Shown here: in pieces, positions 49,747 through 59,784 of the stretch
Position numbering within the stretch: position 1 is the first letter of the stretch
Layout of the letters: every line of letters starts with the position of its first letter
The notes under the pieces: model-generated
What the model was told of the DNA's origin: nothing
Database searches by the model: none
Seen by the model: the letters and a program-made list of their open reading frames with translations, nothing else
Program-made: the position numbers and the translations under genes
Assembly (NCBI GenBank): GCA_005882775.1
Contig: VBDY01000120.1
Span: 3,357 to 67,356 of the forward strand
From: Chloroflexota bacterium
GTDB lineage: Bacteria; Chloroflexota; Dormibacteria; CF-121
DNA: 64,000 bases
Direction of reading: 5' to 3'

Positions 49747-49991
49747 TCGGGCGCCTGCACGCGTTCGTCCTGGAGGACCTCCATGGCACGGGCGGCCTCA
49801 TCGCGTGGCACCCAGAGATCGACAGTGCCCAGCGGCGCGTTGGTCAGCCCGATGATGGACCCTACTCCCTCATTGCGCAGATAGACCGTGATCCCGGCGG
49901 TTTCCAGGAGAGCTTTCCAGAGGTCGGCCTCGGGCAGCCCGCTGGCGGTCACCAGCTTCACAAAGGTTTCAGTATCTTCGGTCGGTTTCAT
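49725..49991 (-). CDS. DUF2007-family small protein (putative signal-transducing protein)
   Basis: 88 aa (MKPTEDTETFVKLV...GITVYLRNEG...VDLWVPRDEAARAMEVL). The ATG overlaps the ftsY TGA (ATGA). Confidence 0.55.
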   Translation of the reverse strand: MKPTEDTETFVKLVTASGLPEADLWKALLETAGITVYLRNEGVGSIIGLTNAPLGTVDLWVPRDEAARAMEVLQDERVQAPEWEEEQP

Positions 49992-50947
49992 GGGTTCTCC
50001 ATCCTCAGCAGGGCCTGCAGGTAGCGCGATGGTTCGAACAGGTCGAGGTCATCCAGCCCTTCCCCGATGCCTACCAGCTTAGTCGGAACGCCGAGCTCCT
50101 CTTCAATCCCCAGGATCACCCCCGCCCGGGCGCTCCCGTCCAGCTTGGTTACAACCAGTCCGCTCAGACCGATCGCGTCCCTAAAGACCTTGACCTGCTG
50201 CGCCGAGTTCTGTCCGATATGTGCATCCAGGACGGCCAGCACCTCCTGGGGAGCGTTCGGATCGAGTCTCTGCACCACCCGCCGGACCTTGCGCAGCTCC
50301 TCCATCAGGTCGTTGCGGGTATGCAGGCGCCCGGCGGTATCGACCAGCACCACGTCGGCCCCGCGGGCCCGCGCCGCTTCGACCGCGTCGAAGGCAACCG
50401 CGCCTGGGTCCGCCCCCGCCTGGTGGGCGACCACCTCCACCCCGGCTCGCTCCGCCCAGAGCCGCAGCTGGTCGACCGCGGCTGCTCGATAGGTGTCGGC
50501 CGCGGCGAGCAGCGGGCGACGACCCCTCGAGCGAAGCAGATGGGCCAGCTTGCCGATCGTGGTCGTCTTGCCGGATCCATTGACGCCCACCACCAGGACC
50601 ACCGCCGGCTTGCCGTCGAGGTTGAGAGCGCGGGGGAGCTCGTCCATGCGGCTTGCCAGGATGTCTCTCAGATAGGTGAGCGCCTCCTGGGGAGATCGCA
50701 CGTGCGCGCCGGCGGCCTGGCTTCTGAGCTCCTCCACCACAGCCTCGGTCGTCTTTACCCCGACATCGGCCGCCAGCAGGGTTGACTCGAGGTCCTCCCA
50801 GAAGCTGGCGTCGAGGGCCGGACGTAGGAACACCTCCTTGAGGTCGGCGACGTAGGCGCGCCGTCCGGCGTCCAGGGTGTCGGTGAATCGCTTCCAGAAA
50901 CCGCCACGGGAAGGGGCGGCCGGCTCCGGCGGCGTGTTCGGACTCAT
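49988..50947 (-). CDS. ftsY: signal recognition particle receptor FtsY
   Basis: NG domain (VVLVVGVNGSGKTTTIGKLA). The ORF extends to 51073, overlapping smc. The likely ATG is at 50947. Confidence 0.9.
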   Translation of the reverse strand: MSPNTPPEPAAPSRGGFWKRFTDTLDAGRRAYVADLKEVFLRPALDASFWEDLESTLLAADVGVKTTEAVVEELRSQAAGAHVRSPQEALTYLRDILASRMDELPRALNLDGKPAVVLVVGVNGSGKTTTIGKLAHLLRSRGRRPLLAAADTYRAAAVDQLRLWAERAGVEVVAHQAGADPGAVAFDAVEAARARGADVVLVDTAGRLHTRNDLMEELRKVRRVVQRLDPNAPQEVLAVLDAHIGQNSAQQVKVFRDAIGLSGLVVTKLDGSARAGVILGIEEELGVPTKLVGIGEGLDDLDLFEPSRYLQALLRMENP

Positions 50948-50981
50948 GAGAACTGGGCGAGCATAGTCGATGGCTGCCTGG

Positions 50982-53900
50982 CTAGGCGGTGCGGCTGGTA
51001 GCGATGCGCGGCATCCGGCTGGCCTCGCCTTCGAGGCGGACCGAGACGATTCGTGAAATTCCGTGCTCGGCAAGGGTGACTCCGTAGAGGACCTCGGCCT
51101 GCGCCATGGTGGAGTGGTTGTGAGTGACGATCAGGAACTGGTGGTCGTTGGCGAGCCGCCTGAGCACCCGGTTGAAGCGGACGACGTTTGCGTCGTCCAG
51201 GGCGGCGTCGACCTCGTCCAGCACGTGGAATGGGCTGGGGTTGACGGCCTGCAGTGCGAAGAGGAAGGCGAGCGCAGTCAGGGCCCGCTCGCCCCCCGAC
51301 AGCAGGGTCAGCGGTTGCAGCCGTTTGCCCGGGGTCTGAGCCAGGATCTCGACACCGTCGTCGAGGGGATTCCCGTCGTGCTGGGTATCCAGCCGCAGGG
51401 TGGCGCGGCCGCCCTCGAAGAGCTCGACGAAGAACTCCTGGAAATTCACCGCGACTGACTGAAACACGGTGCGAAAACGGGAGTCGATCTCTTCCTCGAG
51501 GCGCTGCCGCAGCTCGGTGAGCTGGGCGGCCGCAGCCTCCAGGTCGGTCAGCTGCGTCGCCAGGCTCTCGCAGCGCGCCTGCAGCTGCCCGAACTCCTCG
51601 GGAGCCAGCAGGTTGACCGCGCCCATGCCGTCGAGCCGGCGCTGCAAGCGCGAGACCTCGCGCTCCGTCTTCTGCCAGTCGACCTCCTCCATCGACTCTG
51701 GGTCGTGAAGCGCCTGGCCGTCTTCCCGCAGGGCCTCGGCACAGCGTTCCACCTCAGCCTTCGCCAGGGCGATCTCTTCCGACGCAGAGCCGACTGCATC
51801 GTCCGATTGGGCGAACGCGACCTTGAGCACGACGTTGCGCTGCTCATCCTGCTGGAGCTGCTCTTCGAGCGTGCGCAGCGCGTCCCCATCCGGGAGAGCT
51901 TCGGCCTCGAGGCCGGCAAGCTGCATTGTCACCTCGCCGGCGGAGGAGACCCAAGCGAGTCGCTCCGTCTCTATCACAGAAGGTTGAGTGGCGAGCGCCT
52001 GGGCGGCGGCCTGACGCTGGGCGAGATCGTCGCCGTGCGAACGCCAGACCTGGCGAGCTCGGTCCAGCTGACGAATCAGGTCCTCGTGCCGCTGTGCGCA
52101 TAAAGCAGTCCTCAGCTCGGCCTCCTGGCGGCGCTGCTGATGACCGGCACGCAGGCCGTCGTGCTCGCCCAAGCGCTGATCGATGGCGGCCAGCTCCTGG
52201 CGGGCACGGTCCTCCTCCGCGCCCGATCGTTCCTGGCGTTCCTCGGCGCCGGCCTCGAGCCGCTCGGCATCCAGCAGGAGCGCCACCAGCCTGGCGACCT
52301 TGCCGGCAAGGTCTTGGCCGAGCGCGCGCTCCCGATCCCCGGCGACGGCGCCGGCGCTGGCCAGAGCGTTCACCCGGGCATGCTCGGCGCGGGCGGCGTC
52401 GAGATGGACCTGGGCAGCCGCTCGTTCCGCCAGCAGGCCGGCCTGAGCGGCGGTGGCCGACTGGAGGCTCGCCCGGGCGATGCGCAAAGACTTCTGGGTC
52501 CGCTCGCGGGCGGATTCGACCTCGCGAAACTGGGCTTCCGCCTGCAAAGGCGCGTGCGGAGGACGGCCACCTCGATAGGCGAATGACGTGACGAGCTCGC
52601 CGGATCGGGTCACGACTCGCAGGTCGGGATTGGCATTGAGGAGCCGGCGAGCCGCCGCCAGGTTCTCCGCCACGGCGACCTGCGCCAGCAGCCGGTCGAT
52701 CAGGGGTTGAATCGCCGCCGGCGCTTTGACCCGGTCTTTCAAACTCTCGACACCAGCGGGCACCGGATCAGCCGCGCCTGCCGGCGGATTGAACAGGATC
52801 GTCTCGCGCTCGCTGGTGCCGTCACCGCTGAGCAGCGAGATGGCCCGGTCCGCGCTGTCCAAGTCCGCAGCGACCCAGCCGAGGAGCCAGTCTGCCAGCA
52901 CGGCCTCCACCGCCGGTTGGAACTCGACCGGCACGGTCACCGCATGCAGCAGGCGTTCCAGCCCGATGTCAGTCTTCTCGCTGAGCGGGCTGCGGGGCTG
53001 AGCTCGCTCGCGCAGAAGCGAGAGGGCAGCGTATTCCGCATCCTTCACCTGGGCCTCGGTGCCCGCCGACTCGACGATCCGTTCGGCCTCGGAGACAGCA
53101 CCCGCGGCGTCAGACAGGCGGGCATCCAACCCGGCCACCGCGCTCCGGCTCTCACCAAGCTGGCGTTCCGCGCTCTCGAGCATGGCGCGCTGCCGGTCCA
53201 GCTCTTCCAGCAGCTGGCTGTTTCGCTCCGACCATGCAGTGAGCTCCGCCTGTGCCGCGTCGCGCTGCTCGCGGAGAAACTGGCAGCGCCCCTCGAGCTG
53301 GCGCAGCTCCGCCTGCACGGTCAGGCGGGCGCGATGGATCTCCTGGAGTCGACGATCGCAGGTTTCGCGGTCCGCCTCGAGGCCGGCGCGTGCCTCGCGC
53401 CCGGCGCTTTCGTCGGCCGCTGCCCCGGCTGCCAGGCGTTTCGACTCCTCAAGCTCGGCAACAGCTTCCTGCACCGCGCGCTCCAGCTCTTCGACCACCT
53501 GACCCCCGGCGCGCTCGGAGGCCTGCAGCCGGGTCGTCTCTTCCCGGGCGGCGTCCAGCGCCTGCCGGGCGGACTCGCGGCGCTGTTCCGCGATCCGGAC
53601 CTGGTGCTCGGCATCGGCCAGACGGAGTCGTAGGTCGGCCAGCGCCTGCTGGTGGTTCCAGCGCGCCTCCCGAGCCGAGGCCAGCTCGGTCCGGTGGCGC
53701 TCATAAACCGGCTCGAAATCCGCCAGCGCCGCGGTCGCCGCCTCGCGCTTGTTGCGAGCCATCTGCTCACGGGTTTGGGCTTTGCGCAGCTGCACCATCG
53801 CCTTGCGCCAGGTGTCGCGGGCCAGGCTGCCCTGCAGCACCTTGAGCTGGGCGGCGACCCGCTGATATTCTTCGGCCGCGACCGCCTGCGAGCGAAGCTC

Positions 53901-54509
53901 CTCGGCGCGCGGGTTCAACTCATCCAGCAGGTCACGGGCGCGGCGCATGTCTCGTTCCGCGTCGTTCAGCCGGTTCAGGGCTTCCTGCCGCTGGTCTCGC
54001 AGGCGGCGGACTCCGGCGGCCTCCTCGATCAGCTCGCGCCGGAGTGCCGGAGCGGCCTGGATCACATAGTCGATGTCGTTCTGGGCGACCACCGCGTAGC
54101 CGTCCTGACGCAGCCCGGTGCTGGCCAGCAGGGCATCGATATCCTTCAGCCGGGCACGGGTGCCGTTGATCAGGTACTCGCTCTCGCCAGACCGGAAGAG
54201 GCGACGCGCCACCTCGATCTCGGAGAACTCGACGTTGATGCGCTGCTCGGCGTTGTCGATGGTGAGGGAGACCTCGGCCATCCCCACCGCAGATTTGCCC
54301 GGACCACCGGCATAGATGACGTCTTCCATCCGGTTGCCCCTAAGCCCACGCGCGTTGCGCTCGCCCAGCGCCCAGCGGATCGCGTCCACCAGGTTGGATT
54401 TGCCGCTACCGTTCGGCCCGACGATGGCGGTGATGCCGCGACCGAATGGAAGATCGATCCTGCGCGCAAAGGTCTTGAAACCCTGGACGCGCAGCGACTT
54501 GAGATACAT
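50982..54509 (-). CDS. smc: chromosome segregation protein SMC
   Basis: 1175 aa. Walker A (GPNGSGKSN), long coiled coils, hinge region and C-terminal signature/Walker B. Confidence 0.95.
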   Translation of the reverse strand: MYLKSLRVQGFKTFARRIDLPFGRGITAIVGPNGSGKSNLVDAIRWALGERNARGLRGNRMEDVIYAGGPGKSAVGMAEVSLTIDNAEQRINVEFSEIEVARRLFRSGESEYLINGTRARLKDIDALLASTGLRQDGYAVVAQNDIDYVIQAAPALRRELIEEAAGVRRLRDQRQEALNRLNDAERDMRRARDLLDELNPRAEELRSQAVAAEEYQRVAAQLKVLQGSLARDTWRKAMVQLRKAQTREQMARNKREAATAALADFEPVYERHRTELASAREARWNHQQALADLRLRLADAEHQVRIAEQRRESARQALDAAREETTRLQASERAGGQVVEELERAVQEAVAELEESKRLAAGAAADESAGREARAGLEADRETCDRRLQEIHRARLTVQAELRQLEGRCQFLREQRDAAQAELTAWSERNSQLLEELDRQRAMLESAERQLGESRSAVAGLDARLSDAAGAVSEAERIVESAGTEAQVKDAEYAALSLLRERAQPRSPLSEKTDIGLERLLHAVTVPVEFQPAVEAVLADWLLGWVAADLDSADRAISLLSGDGTSERETILFNPPAGAADPVPAGVESLKDRVKAPAAIQPLIDRLLAQVAVAENLAAARRLLNANPDLRVVTRSGELVTSFAYRGGRPPHAPLQAEAQFREVESARERTQKSLRIARASLQSATAAQAGLLAERAAAQVHLDAARAEHARVNALASAGAVAGDRERALGQDLAGKVARLVALLLDAERLEAGAEERQERSGAEEDRARQELAAIDQRLGEHDGLRAGHQQRRQEAELRTALCAQRHEDLIRQLDRARQVWRSHGDDLAQRQAAAQALATQPSVIETERLAWVSSAGEVTMQLAGLEAEALPDGDALRTLEEQLQQDEQRNVVLKVAFAQSDDAVGSASEEIALAKAEVERCAEALREDGQALHDPESMEEVDWQKTEREVSRLQRRLDGMGAVNLLAPEEFGQLQARCESLATQLTDLEAAAAQLTELRQRLEEEIDSRFRTVFQSVAVNFQEFFVELFEGGRATLRLDTQHDGNPLDDGVEILAQTPGKRLQPLTLLSGGERALTALAFLFALQAVNPSPFHVLDEVDAALDDANVVRFNRVLRRLANDHQFLIVTHNHSTMAQAEVLYGVTLAEHGISRIVSVRLEGEASRMPRIATSRTA

Positions 54510-54635
54510 CAGGCGGTCAGGGTCGGTAAACTGCCCAGGTCAAGCTGAGCCATCGCGCCATCTGTGACGTAAGCATGAACCGCGGCGCGGGTCACTTGGT
54601 GCTTTATATCACAGCGCTCGCGTGAAGCGCGACTG

Positions 54636-55391
54636 TTAGCGTCCCGACTCGTGGGCCGCCACCGCCTCCAGGACCTCATCAGATGCCGGCGGATGGTCGA
54701 GCGCGCCCAGCGCGGCAAGCGCCTCCCGCGCCGCCATCTGCTCGGCCGCCCGCTTGGTGCGGCCGCGGCCGATCCCCTGGATCCCGTTACCGAAGGTGAC
54801 TTCGGCCATGTACTCACGCCGGTGCCCCGGCCCGGATGCGGAAACGATGTCGTACTGGGGCGTGGTCAGAAACCGCTCCTGCGTTACCTCCTGGAGCCGG
54901 CCCTTGTAGTTGTCGTCCGGCCACGCCTGGACGTCGATCAGGCTGCGGCTGAAGACGCGATAGGCGGCCCGGTAGCCCTGGTCCAGGAAGATCGCCCCGA
55001 TCACCGCCTCGAAGGTGTTGGCCAGGATCGACTGCAGCGACCGGGCGCCGGTCTTGTGCGCGCCCTTGCCGAGCAGCAGGTAATCGCCCAGGCTGAGCCG
55101 GGAGGCGAGCCGGGCCAGGCTCTTGGTGTTGACCACCGAGGCCCGCAGCCGAGTCAGCTCACCCTCGTCCGACGTCTGGTAGGTGTGGTACAGGTGCTCC
55201 GCCGCGATCAGCTCCAGCACCGCGTCGCCCAGGTACTCCAGCCGCTCGTTGTCGGCCAGTCCGGCCTCGGGGTGCTCGTTGTTGTAGGAGCGATGGGTCA
55301 GCGCCTGCCGAAGCAGAGACGTGTCGTGGAAGCGGACGCGGAGCGTCCGCTGGAGTCTCTGGAGCGGCTCGTCGGCCTGGGCGTCTTTAGG
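54636..55391 (-). CDS. rnc: ribonuclease III
   Basis: ERLEYLGDAVLEL signature plus a dsRBD. The ORF tool ATG at 55499 lies 107 nt inside acpP and reads an alternate frame of it. No ATG/GTG/TTG exists between the acpP stop (55393) and the catalytic domain, so the start is undetermined. Confidence 0.85.
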   Translation of the reverse strand, partial: PKDAQADEPLQRLQRTLRVRFHDTSLLRQALTHRSYNNEHPEAGLADNERLEYLGDAVLELIAAEHLYHTYQTSDEGELTRLRASVVNTKSLARLASRLSLGDYLLLGKGAHKTGARSLQSILANTFEAVIGAIFLDQGYRAAYRVFSRSLIDVQAWPDDNYKGRLQEVTQERFLTTPQYDIVSASGPGHRREYMAEVTFGNGIQGIGRGRTKRAAEQMAAREALAALGALDHPPASDEVLEAVAAHESGR

Positions 55392-55392
55392 C

Positions 55393-55641
55393 TTAGGTGG
55401 TAATTCCGAGCTTTTCTTGGACGTAGTCCCAAGCCTGGCCGACGGTCTGGATCTTTTCAGCGTCTTCGTCAGAAATCTCCACTCCGTATTCTTCCTCAAA
55501 CGCCATGATCAGCTCGACCAGGTCGAGCGAATCGGCATTCAGGTCATCAACGAACGAGGCGTCGGGCGTGACCTGCTCGAGCTCAACCCCGAGCTGTTCC
55601 GTGATGATTCTCTTGAACTTGTCGTAGCTGCTGCCGTCCAT
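55393..55641 (-). CDS. acpP: acyl carrier protein
   Basis: DSLD phosphopantetheine-attachment motif. Likely ATG at 55641 ([13 protein letters not shown]...). Confidence 0.9.
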   Translation of the reverse strand: MDGSSYDKFKRIITEQLGVELEQVTPDASFVDDLNADSLDLVELIMAFEEEYGVEISDEDAEKIQTVGQAWDYVQEKLGITT

Positions 55642-55707
55642 CCCGACCCCCTGCACCATGTGGCGGTCAAATTGTAGCGAGGCCGGCCCGGTTTTGGACA
55701 GAGCCGG

Positions 55708-56460
55708 TCAAATCGGCAGCCCCCCATCGATGCCCAGGACCTGGCCGGTGATGTAGGCAGCCTCCTTCGAGGCGAGGAAGACGATGGCAGGCGCCACGTC
55801 GTCCGGCGTACCCAAGCGCTGGATGGCCGCCGCCTGGCGGGCTCGCTCCAGGAGCTCGGCGGGCAGCTCCCTGGTGAGGTCGGTGGTGATGAAGCCGGGC
55901 GCGACCGCGTTGACGGTGATGTTTCGGGAGCCGACCTCCTTTGCCAGCGCCCTGGTGAAACCGATCAGCCCGGCCTTGGCCGCACTGTAGTTGGCCTGGC
56001 CGGCATTGCCGGCCACCCCGGCCAGAGAGGAAACGTTGACGATCCGACCGTAGCGCTGCTTGAGCATGGGGCGCAGCGCGGCCTTGGAAGTCAGGAATGG
56101 GCCACGCAGGTTGGTCGTGATCACATCATCCCAATCCGCCTCGCTCATGCGCATCACCAGGGTGTCGCGGGTGATGCCGGCATTGTTGACGAGCACATCG
56201 AGCCTGCCCCAACGTTTGACCACGGCGTCGACGATCGCGGCCGGGGCTGCGGATTCGGTGATGTCGGCCTGCAGCGCGAGGCCTTCCCCTCCCCCGTCGA
56301 CGATCGCCTGGACGACCGCGTCCGCGTCCGCCTTCTGGGTGCGGTAGGTGATCGCGACCTGGGCGCCTGCCCGGCCGAAAGCCGCCGCCGTGGCCCTGCC
56401 AATGCCGCGGCTGCCTCCGGTGACCAGGATCACCTGGCCTTTGAAAGCGTCAGGCGGCAT
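55708..56460 (-). CDS. fabG: 3-oxoacyl-[ACP] reductase
   Basis: SDR family: TGGSRGIG, NAG, YxxxK. Confidence 0.9.
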   Translation of the reverse strand: MPPDAFKGQVILVTGGSRGIGRATAAAFGRAGAQVAITYRTQKADADAVVQAIVDGGGEGLALQADITESAAPAAIVDAVVKRWGRLDVLVNNAGITRDTLVMRMSEADWDDVITTNLRGPFLTSKAALRPMLKQRYGRIVNVSSLAGVAGNAGQANYSAAKAGLIGFTRALAKEVGSRNITVNAVAPGFITTDLTRELPAELLERARQAAAIQRLGTPDDVAPAIVFLASKEAAYITGQVLGIDGGLPI

Positions 56461-57376
56461 GGGCGACCTTCAGGAACGCGTCGAGGGTCTTCAGGTCCTC
56501 GACGTTGTGCACGGTCGCGGTTGGGATGATCTTTTTCACCAGCGCGGTCAGGGTGCGCTTGGGGCCGACCTCGACAAAAGTATCCACCCCGAGCCGGGCG
56601 AGCCGGAGAACACTGGCCGACCAGCGGACCGGGCCGGTCAGCTGCCGCACCATCAGGTCACGGATGTCGGACGGTTCGCGGTGCAGCTCTGCATCGGTGT
56701 TGAATACCTGGTCCCTGTCGAGCGGACGCAGATCTATCCTCGACCAGGTACCGGCGAAGGTCAGGGCAGCCTGCCGCATCAGGGGGGAGTGAAAGGCGGC
56801 GCTGACGGCCAGGCGAATCACCCGCTTGGCGCCGGCCCGCTCCAGCGACACGGTCAGGCTGTCGAGAGCGATGTCCGTACCCGAGATCACGACCTGGCCC
56901 GGCGCATTGTAGTTGGCGGGCACCACCTGTCCCCCGCTCAACCGGCAAGCCTCTTCCACCGCCTCGTCGGAAAGCCCCAGGACCGCGGCCATCCCTGTCG
57001 ACGCGGGCGCCGTCGCCGACATTGCCTGCCCGCGCGCCTGGACGGCCAGCATCGCGTCGGCCGGATCGAGTCCGCCGGCTGCCACCAGCCCGGCAAACTC
57101 GCCCAGGCTGTGCCCGGCCACGGCGGCCGGGGCGACCCCGGCATCGGTGAGGTGGCGCAGCAGGGCGAGGCAGTGAAAAGTGATGGCCGGCTGTGCGTGC
57201 TCGGTCGCCTGCAGCGCCGCCTCGGGTCCCTCCAGCATCAGCCGGCGGAGCGGCATCCGCAGCTGTTCCTCGGACTGTCGCAGGAACTCTGCCGACCGGT
57301 CATCTCTCTCGACCAGGTCGCGCGCCATCCCGACGAACTGGGCGCCCTGACCGGGAAAGAGGAAGGCGGCCGAAAT
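56450..57376 (-). CDS. fabD: malonyl CoA-ACP transacylase
   Basis: AFLFPGQGAQ and GHSLGE motifs. The ORF tool ATG at 57472 overlaps rpmF by 90 nt. Candidate starts are ATT at 57376 (5 nt after the rpmF stop, giving MSAAFLFPGQG) or TTG at 57424 (43-nt overlap). Confidence 0.85.
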   Translation of the reverse strand: MSAAFLFPGQGAQFVGMARDLVERDDRSAEFLRQSEEQLRMPLRRLMLEGPEAALQATEHAQPAITFHCLALLRHLTDAGVAPAAVAGHSLGEFAGLVAAGGLDPADAMLAVQARGQAMSATAPASTGMAAVLGLSDEAVEEACRLSGGQVVPANYNAPGQVVISGTDIALDSLTVSLERAGAKRVIRLAVSAAFHSPLMRQAALTFAGTWSRIDLRPLDRDQVFNTDAELHREPSDIRDLMVRQLTGPVRWSASVLRLARLGVDTFVEVGPKRTLTALVKKIIPTATVHNVEDLKTLDAFLKVAHAA

Positions 57377-57381
57377 TGCCG

Positions 57382-57558
57382 CTACTCGGTCTTGATAACT
57401 TCGCGGCCGTCGTAGTAGCCGCAATTCCGGCAGATCGCGTGCGACTGCTTGGGCTGGTGACACTGCGGGCAATCGATCAGGTGCGGCCGCTTGATCGCCA
57501 GGTGGGCGCGCCGCTCACCCTGGCGGGCACGCGCGTATCGCGTCTTGGGAAGAGCCAT
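57382..57558 (-). CDS. rpmF: 50S ribosomal protein L32
   Basis: MALPKTRYARARQGERRAHLAIKRPHLIDCPQC...C zinc ribbon. Confidence 0.9.
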   Translation of the reverse strand: MALPKTRYARARQGERRAHLAIKRPHLIDCPQCHQPKQSHAICRNCGYYDGREVIKTE

Positions 57559-57581
57559 TCCCGGAATTATAAACGCCACTC

Positions 57582-58733
57582 TCAACTCGACTCGGAGGGC
57601 AGCCGCACCCGGGAGAACAGGGCCAGGAAGGTGGCGCCGGCCAGGACATAGAAAACCGCCGCCACGCCGAAGGCGAGCTCAAAGCCGCCCCGCACCTGCA
57701 GAAACCCGCTGAGCAGCGGGCCGATCCCGCCAAAGCCGATGCTGAAAACGACATTCTCCGCGCTGGCGAGGCGGGCCCGCTCGCGGGGTTCGACGTACTC
57801 CATGGCGAACACCTGGCTGAGGGGTGTTTGGGTATTGATCACCAGCTGCCGGACATAGAGAAGGCCAATCGCAAGCGGAAGGCTTCCGGCAAAGGCGATC
57901 GCGAGTACAAGGGGGGCGGTGAGTAGCTGGCTGAGAGCGATGGTGCGGGTGAGACCCAGCCGGCGGCTGATCGCCGGCGCCCGGAGAACAACGATCGCGG
58001 TGAGCGGCGCCGACCCGGCCAGGATCAACCCGATCGGGCCGGTGTGGAGATGGAAGCGCTGGGAGAGATAGAGCTGGACGAAGTTGAGCAGCATCCCGGC
58101 TCCCAGGCCGAGGAGCGCCTGCGGGATGAGAAAGCGAGCGAACCGGCGACGATCCACCTGCAGGAGCTGCCTGACGGGAACCACCTCGCCCGGCCGCAGA
58201 TTCGAGCCCCGGGCAAGCTGGATGAGCAGCCCCAGGCTCACCGCCTGGAGCAGCGCCATCGCGACAAAGGCCGCCCGCAGCGAAACCAGCGAGGTGGGCG
58301 AACCCGCGCCGAGCCGTCCTGCCAGCTCCGGCGCATAACCGCCAACCAGGAAGCCTACGACGCTGGCCACCCAGGTGAGGGCGTTGCTGGCCGCGTACAG
58401 AGGGACCCGCTCGTCCGGCCGGCTGAGCTGGGCCAGGACGGGTGAGCCGAGGACGCCGAGGGTGATGAAGCCGAGGGCGTAGGTGCCGGCAGCCACCACG
58501 GCCACCGGCCGGACGCTGGTGAGCGCCAGGACGCTCGCGCCCAGCAGGCTCAAGACGCTCGAGGCCACGATGAAGCGCCGGTAGCCCATCCGGTCGGCCA
58601 GCGCGCCGACGGGCAAACCGATAAAGATGATGGCCGCTGCAGGCAGGGCGTTGAAAACGCCGATCAGGTCGTTGCTGAAGCCGAGCGCGCTCATATAGAG
58701 GTTGAAGACCAGGTTGAAGATGGTGAAGCCCAC
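57582..58733 (-). CDS. MFS transporter
   Basis: 383 aa with ~12 predicted TM helices and an MFS-like loop 2-3. Confidence 0.75.
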   Translation of the reverse strand: MGFTIFNLVFNLYMSALGFSNDLIGVFNALPAAAIIFIGLPVGALADRMGYRRFIVASSVLSLLGASVLALTSVRPVAVVAAGTYALGFITLGVLGSPVLAQLSRPDERVPLYAASNALTWVASVVGFLVGGYAPELAGRLGAGSPTSLVSLRAAFVAMALLQAVSLGLLIQLARGSNLRPGEVVPVRQLLQVDRRRFARFLIPQALLGLGAGMLLNFVQLYLSQRFHLHTGPIGLILAGSAPLTAIVVLRAPAISRRLGLTRTIALSQLLTAPLVLAIAFAGSLPLAIGLLYVRQLVINTQTPLSQVFAMEYVEPRERARLASAENVVFSIGFGGIGPLLSGFLQVRGGFELAFGVAAVFYVLAGATFLALFSRVRLPSESS

Positions 58734-58816
58734 ACCTCCGACCAGGGAAAAGGCAAGGAACCGGCGGGCTGCCGGGCTGAACCCGCGCAGCTGCGCGTAA
58801 AAGGACCGGAAGGGGC

Positions 58817-59293
58817 TTAGCGTCGAGCGGCTGGTTCGGCGACCGCGGGCGCCGGCTTGCGGAGCGCCTCGACGCCCTTCTTCACGGTCGCCACGGTCTT
58901 GAGCAGCTGGGACTCGAGCTGCTGCATGACCTCCCCGGCGTAGCGGTCGGCCGCCCGCCGGATCTCGTCGGCGCGCGCCGAGGTCTCGCGCAGCATGGCT
59001 TCGGCCTGTTTCTCCGCCCGCCTGGCGAGCTCCTGCTGGCCAATCATGGTCTGAGCCCGCTCCGATGCCTGGTTGATGATCCGGGTGGCCTCCGACTGGG
59101 CCTCGGACAGCAACCGCTGCTGCTCCTGCAGGGTCCAGCGAGCTTGCTTTATCTCATCCGGAAGACTGAGCCTCAGGTCGTCGATCAGGCCCAGCGCCTC
59201 CTCCTGGTCTACCACCACGGTCCGGGTGAGCGGAATCTGCCGGCTGTGCGCGATCAGGTACTCGATGCGGTCGATGGCGTCGTGGATGCTCAT
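58817..59293 (-). CDS. coiled-coil hypothetical protein
   Basis: 158 aa, Cys-free and helical, Gln/Glu/Arg-rich. 4-nt overlap with coaD. Not a YceD/DUF177 (no CxxC motifs). Confidence 0.55.
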   Translation of the reverse strand: MSIHDAIDRIEYLIAHSRQIPLTRTVVVDQEEALGLIDDLRLSLPDEIKQARWTLQEQQRLLSEAQSEATRIINQASERAQTMIGQQELARRAEKQAEAMLRETSARADEIRRAADRYAGEVMQQLESQLLKTVATVKKGVEALRKPAPAVAEPAARR

Positions 59294-59784
59294 GACTTCT
59301 CTCCCTTTTTGCCAAGACGTTGCTGTAGTGGTTGCACGACGTGAGCCGGGACGAATTCTGAAATGTCGCCGCCGAAGGCGCTCAGCTCCTTGATCAGGCT
59401 GGAGCTGAGGAAGAGGTGGCGCAGACTGGTCGGGATGAAGACAGTTACCACGTCCGAGTTCAGGCGCCGGTTCATCAGCGCCATCTGAAACTCGCTCTCA
59501 AAGTCCGACACCGCCCGGAGCCCGCGGACGATCACGCGCGCTCCCACCGAGCGGGCGTAATCGATGGTCAGCCCGCTAAAGGTGCTGACCTCGACTCCCG
59601 GGCGCTCCCCGAGACTCTTGCGGATCATGCCCACCCGCTCCTGTGTCGTGAACAGAGGTTTCTTGCCCGGGTTCTCGAGGACCGCGATCACCACCCGCTC
59701 AAAAATCTCCGCCGCCCGGTTGACGATATCCAGGTGGCCGTGGGTCACGGGATCGAAGCTCCCCGGGTAGATGGCGGTGGTCAC
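59290..59784 (-). CDS. coaD: phosphopantetheine adenylyltransferase
   Basis: AIYPGSFDPVTHGHLDIV motif. 164 aa. Confidence 0.95.
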   Translation of the reverse strand: MTTAIYPGSFDPVTHGHLDIVNRAAEIFERVVIAVLENPGKKPLFTTQERVGMIRKSLGERPGVEVSTFSGLTIDYARSVGARVIVRGLRAVSDFESEFQMALMNRRLNSDVVTVFIPTSLRHLFLSSSLIKELSAFGGDISEFVPAHVVQPLQQRLGKKGEKS

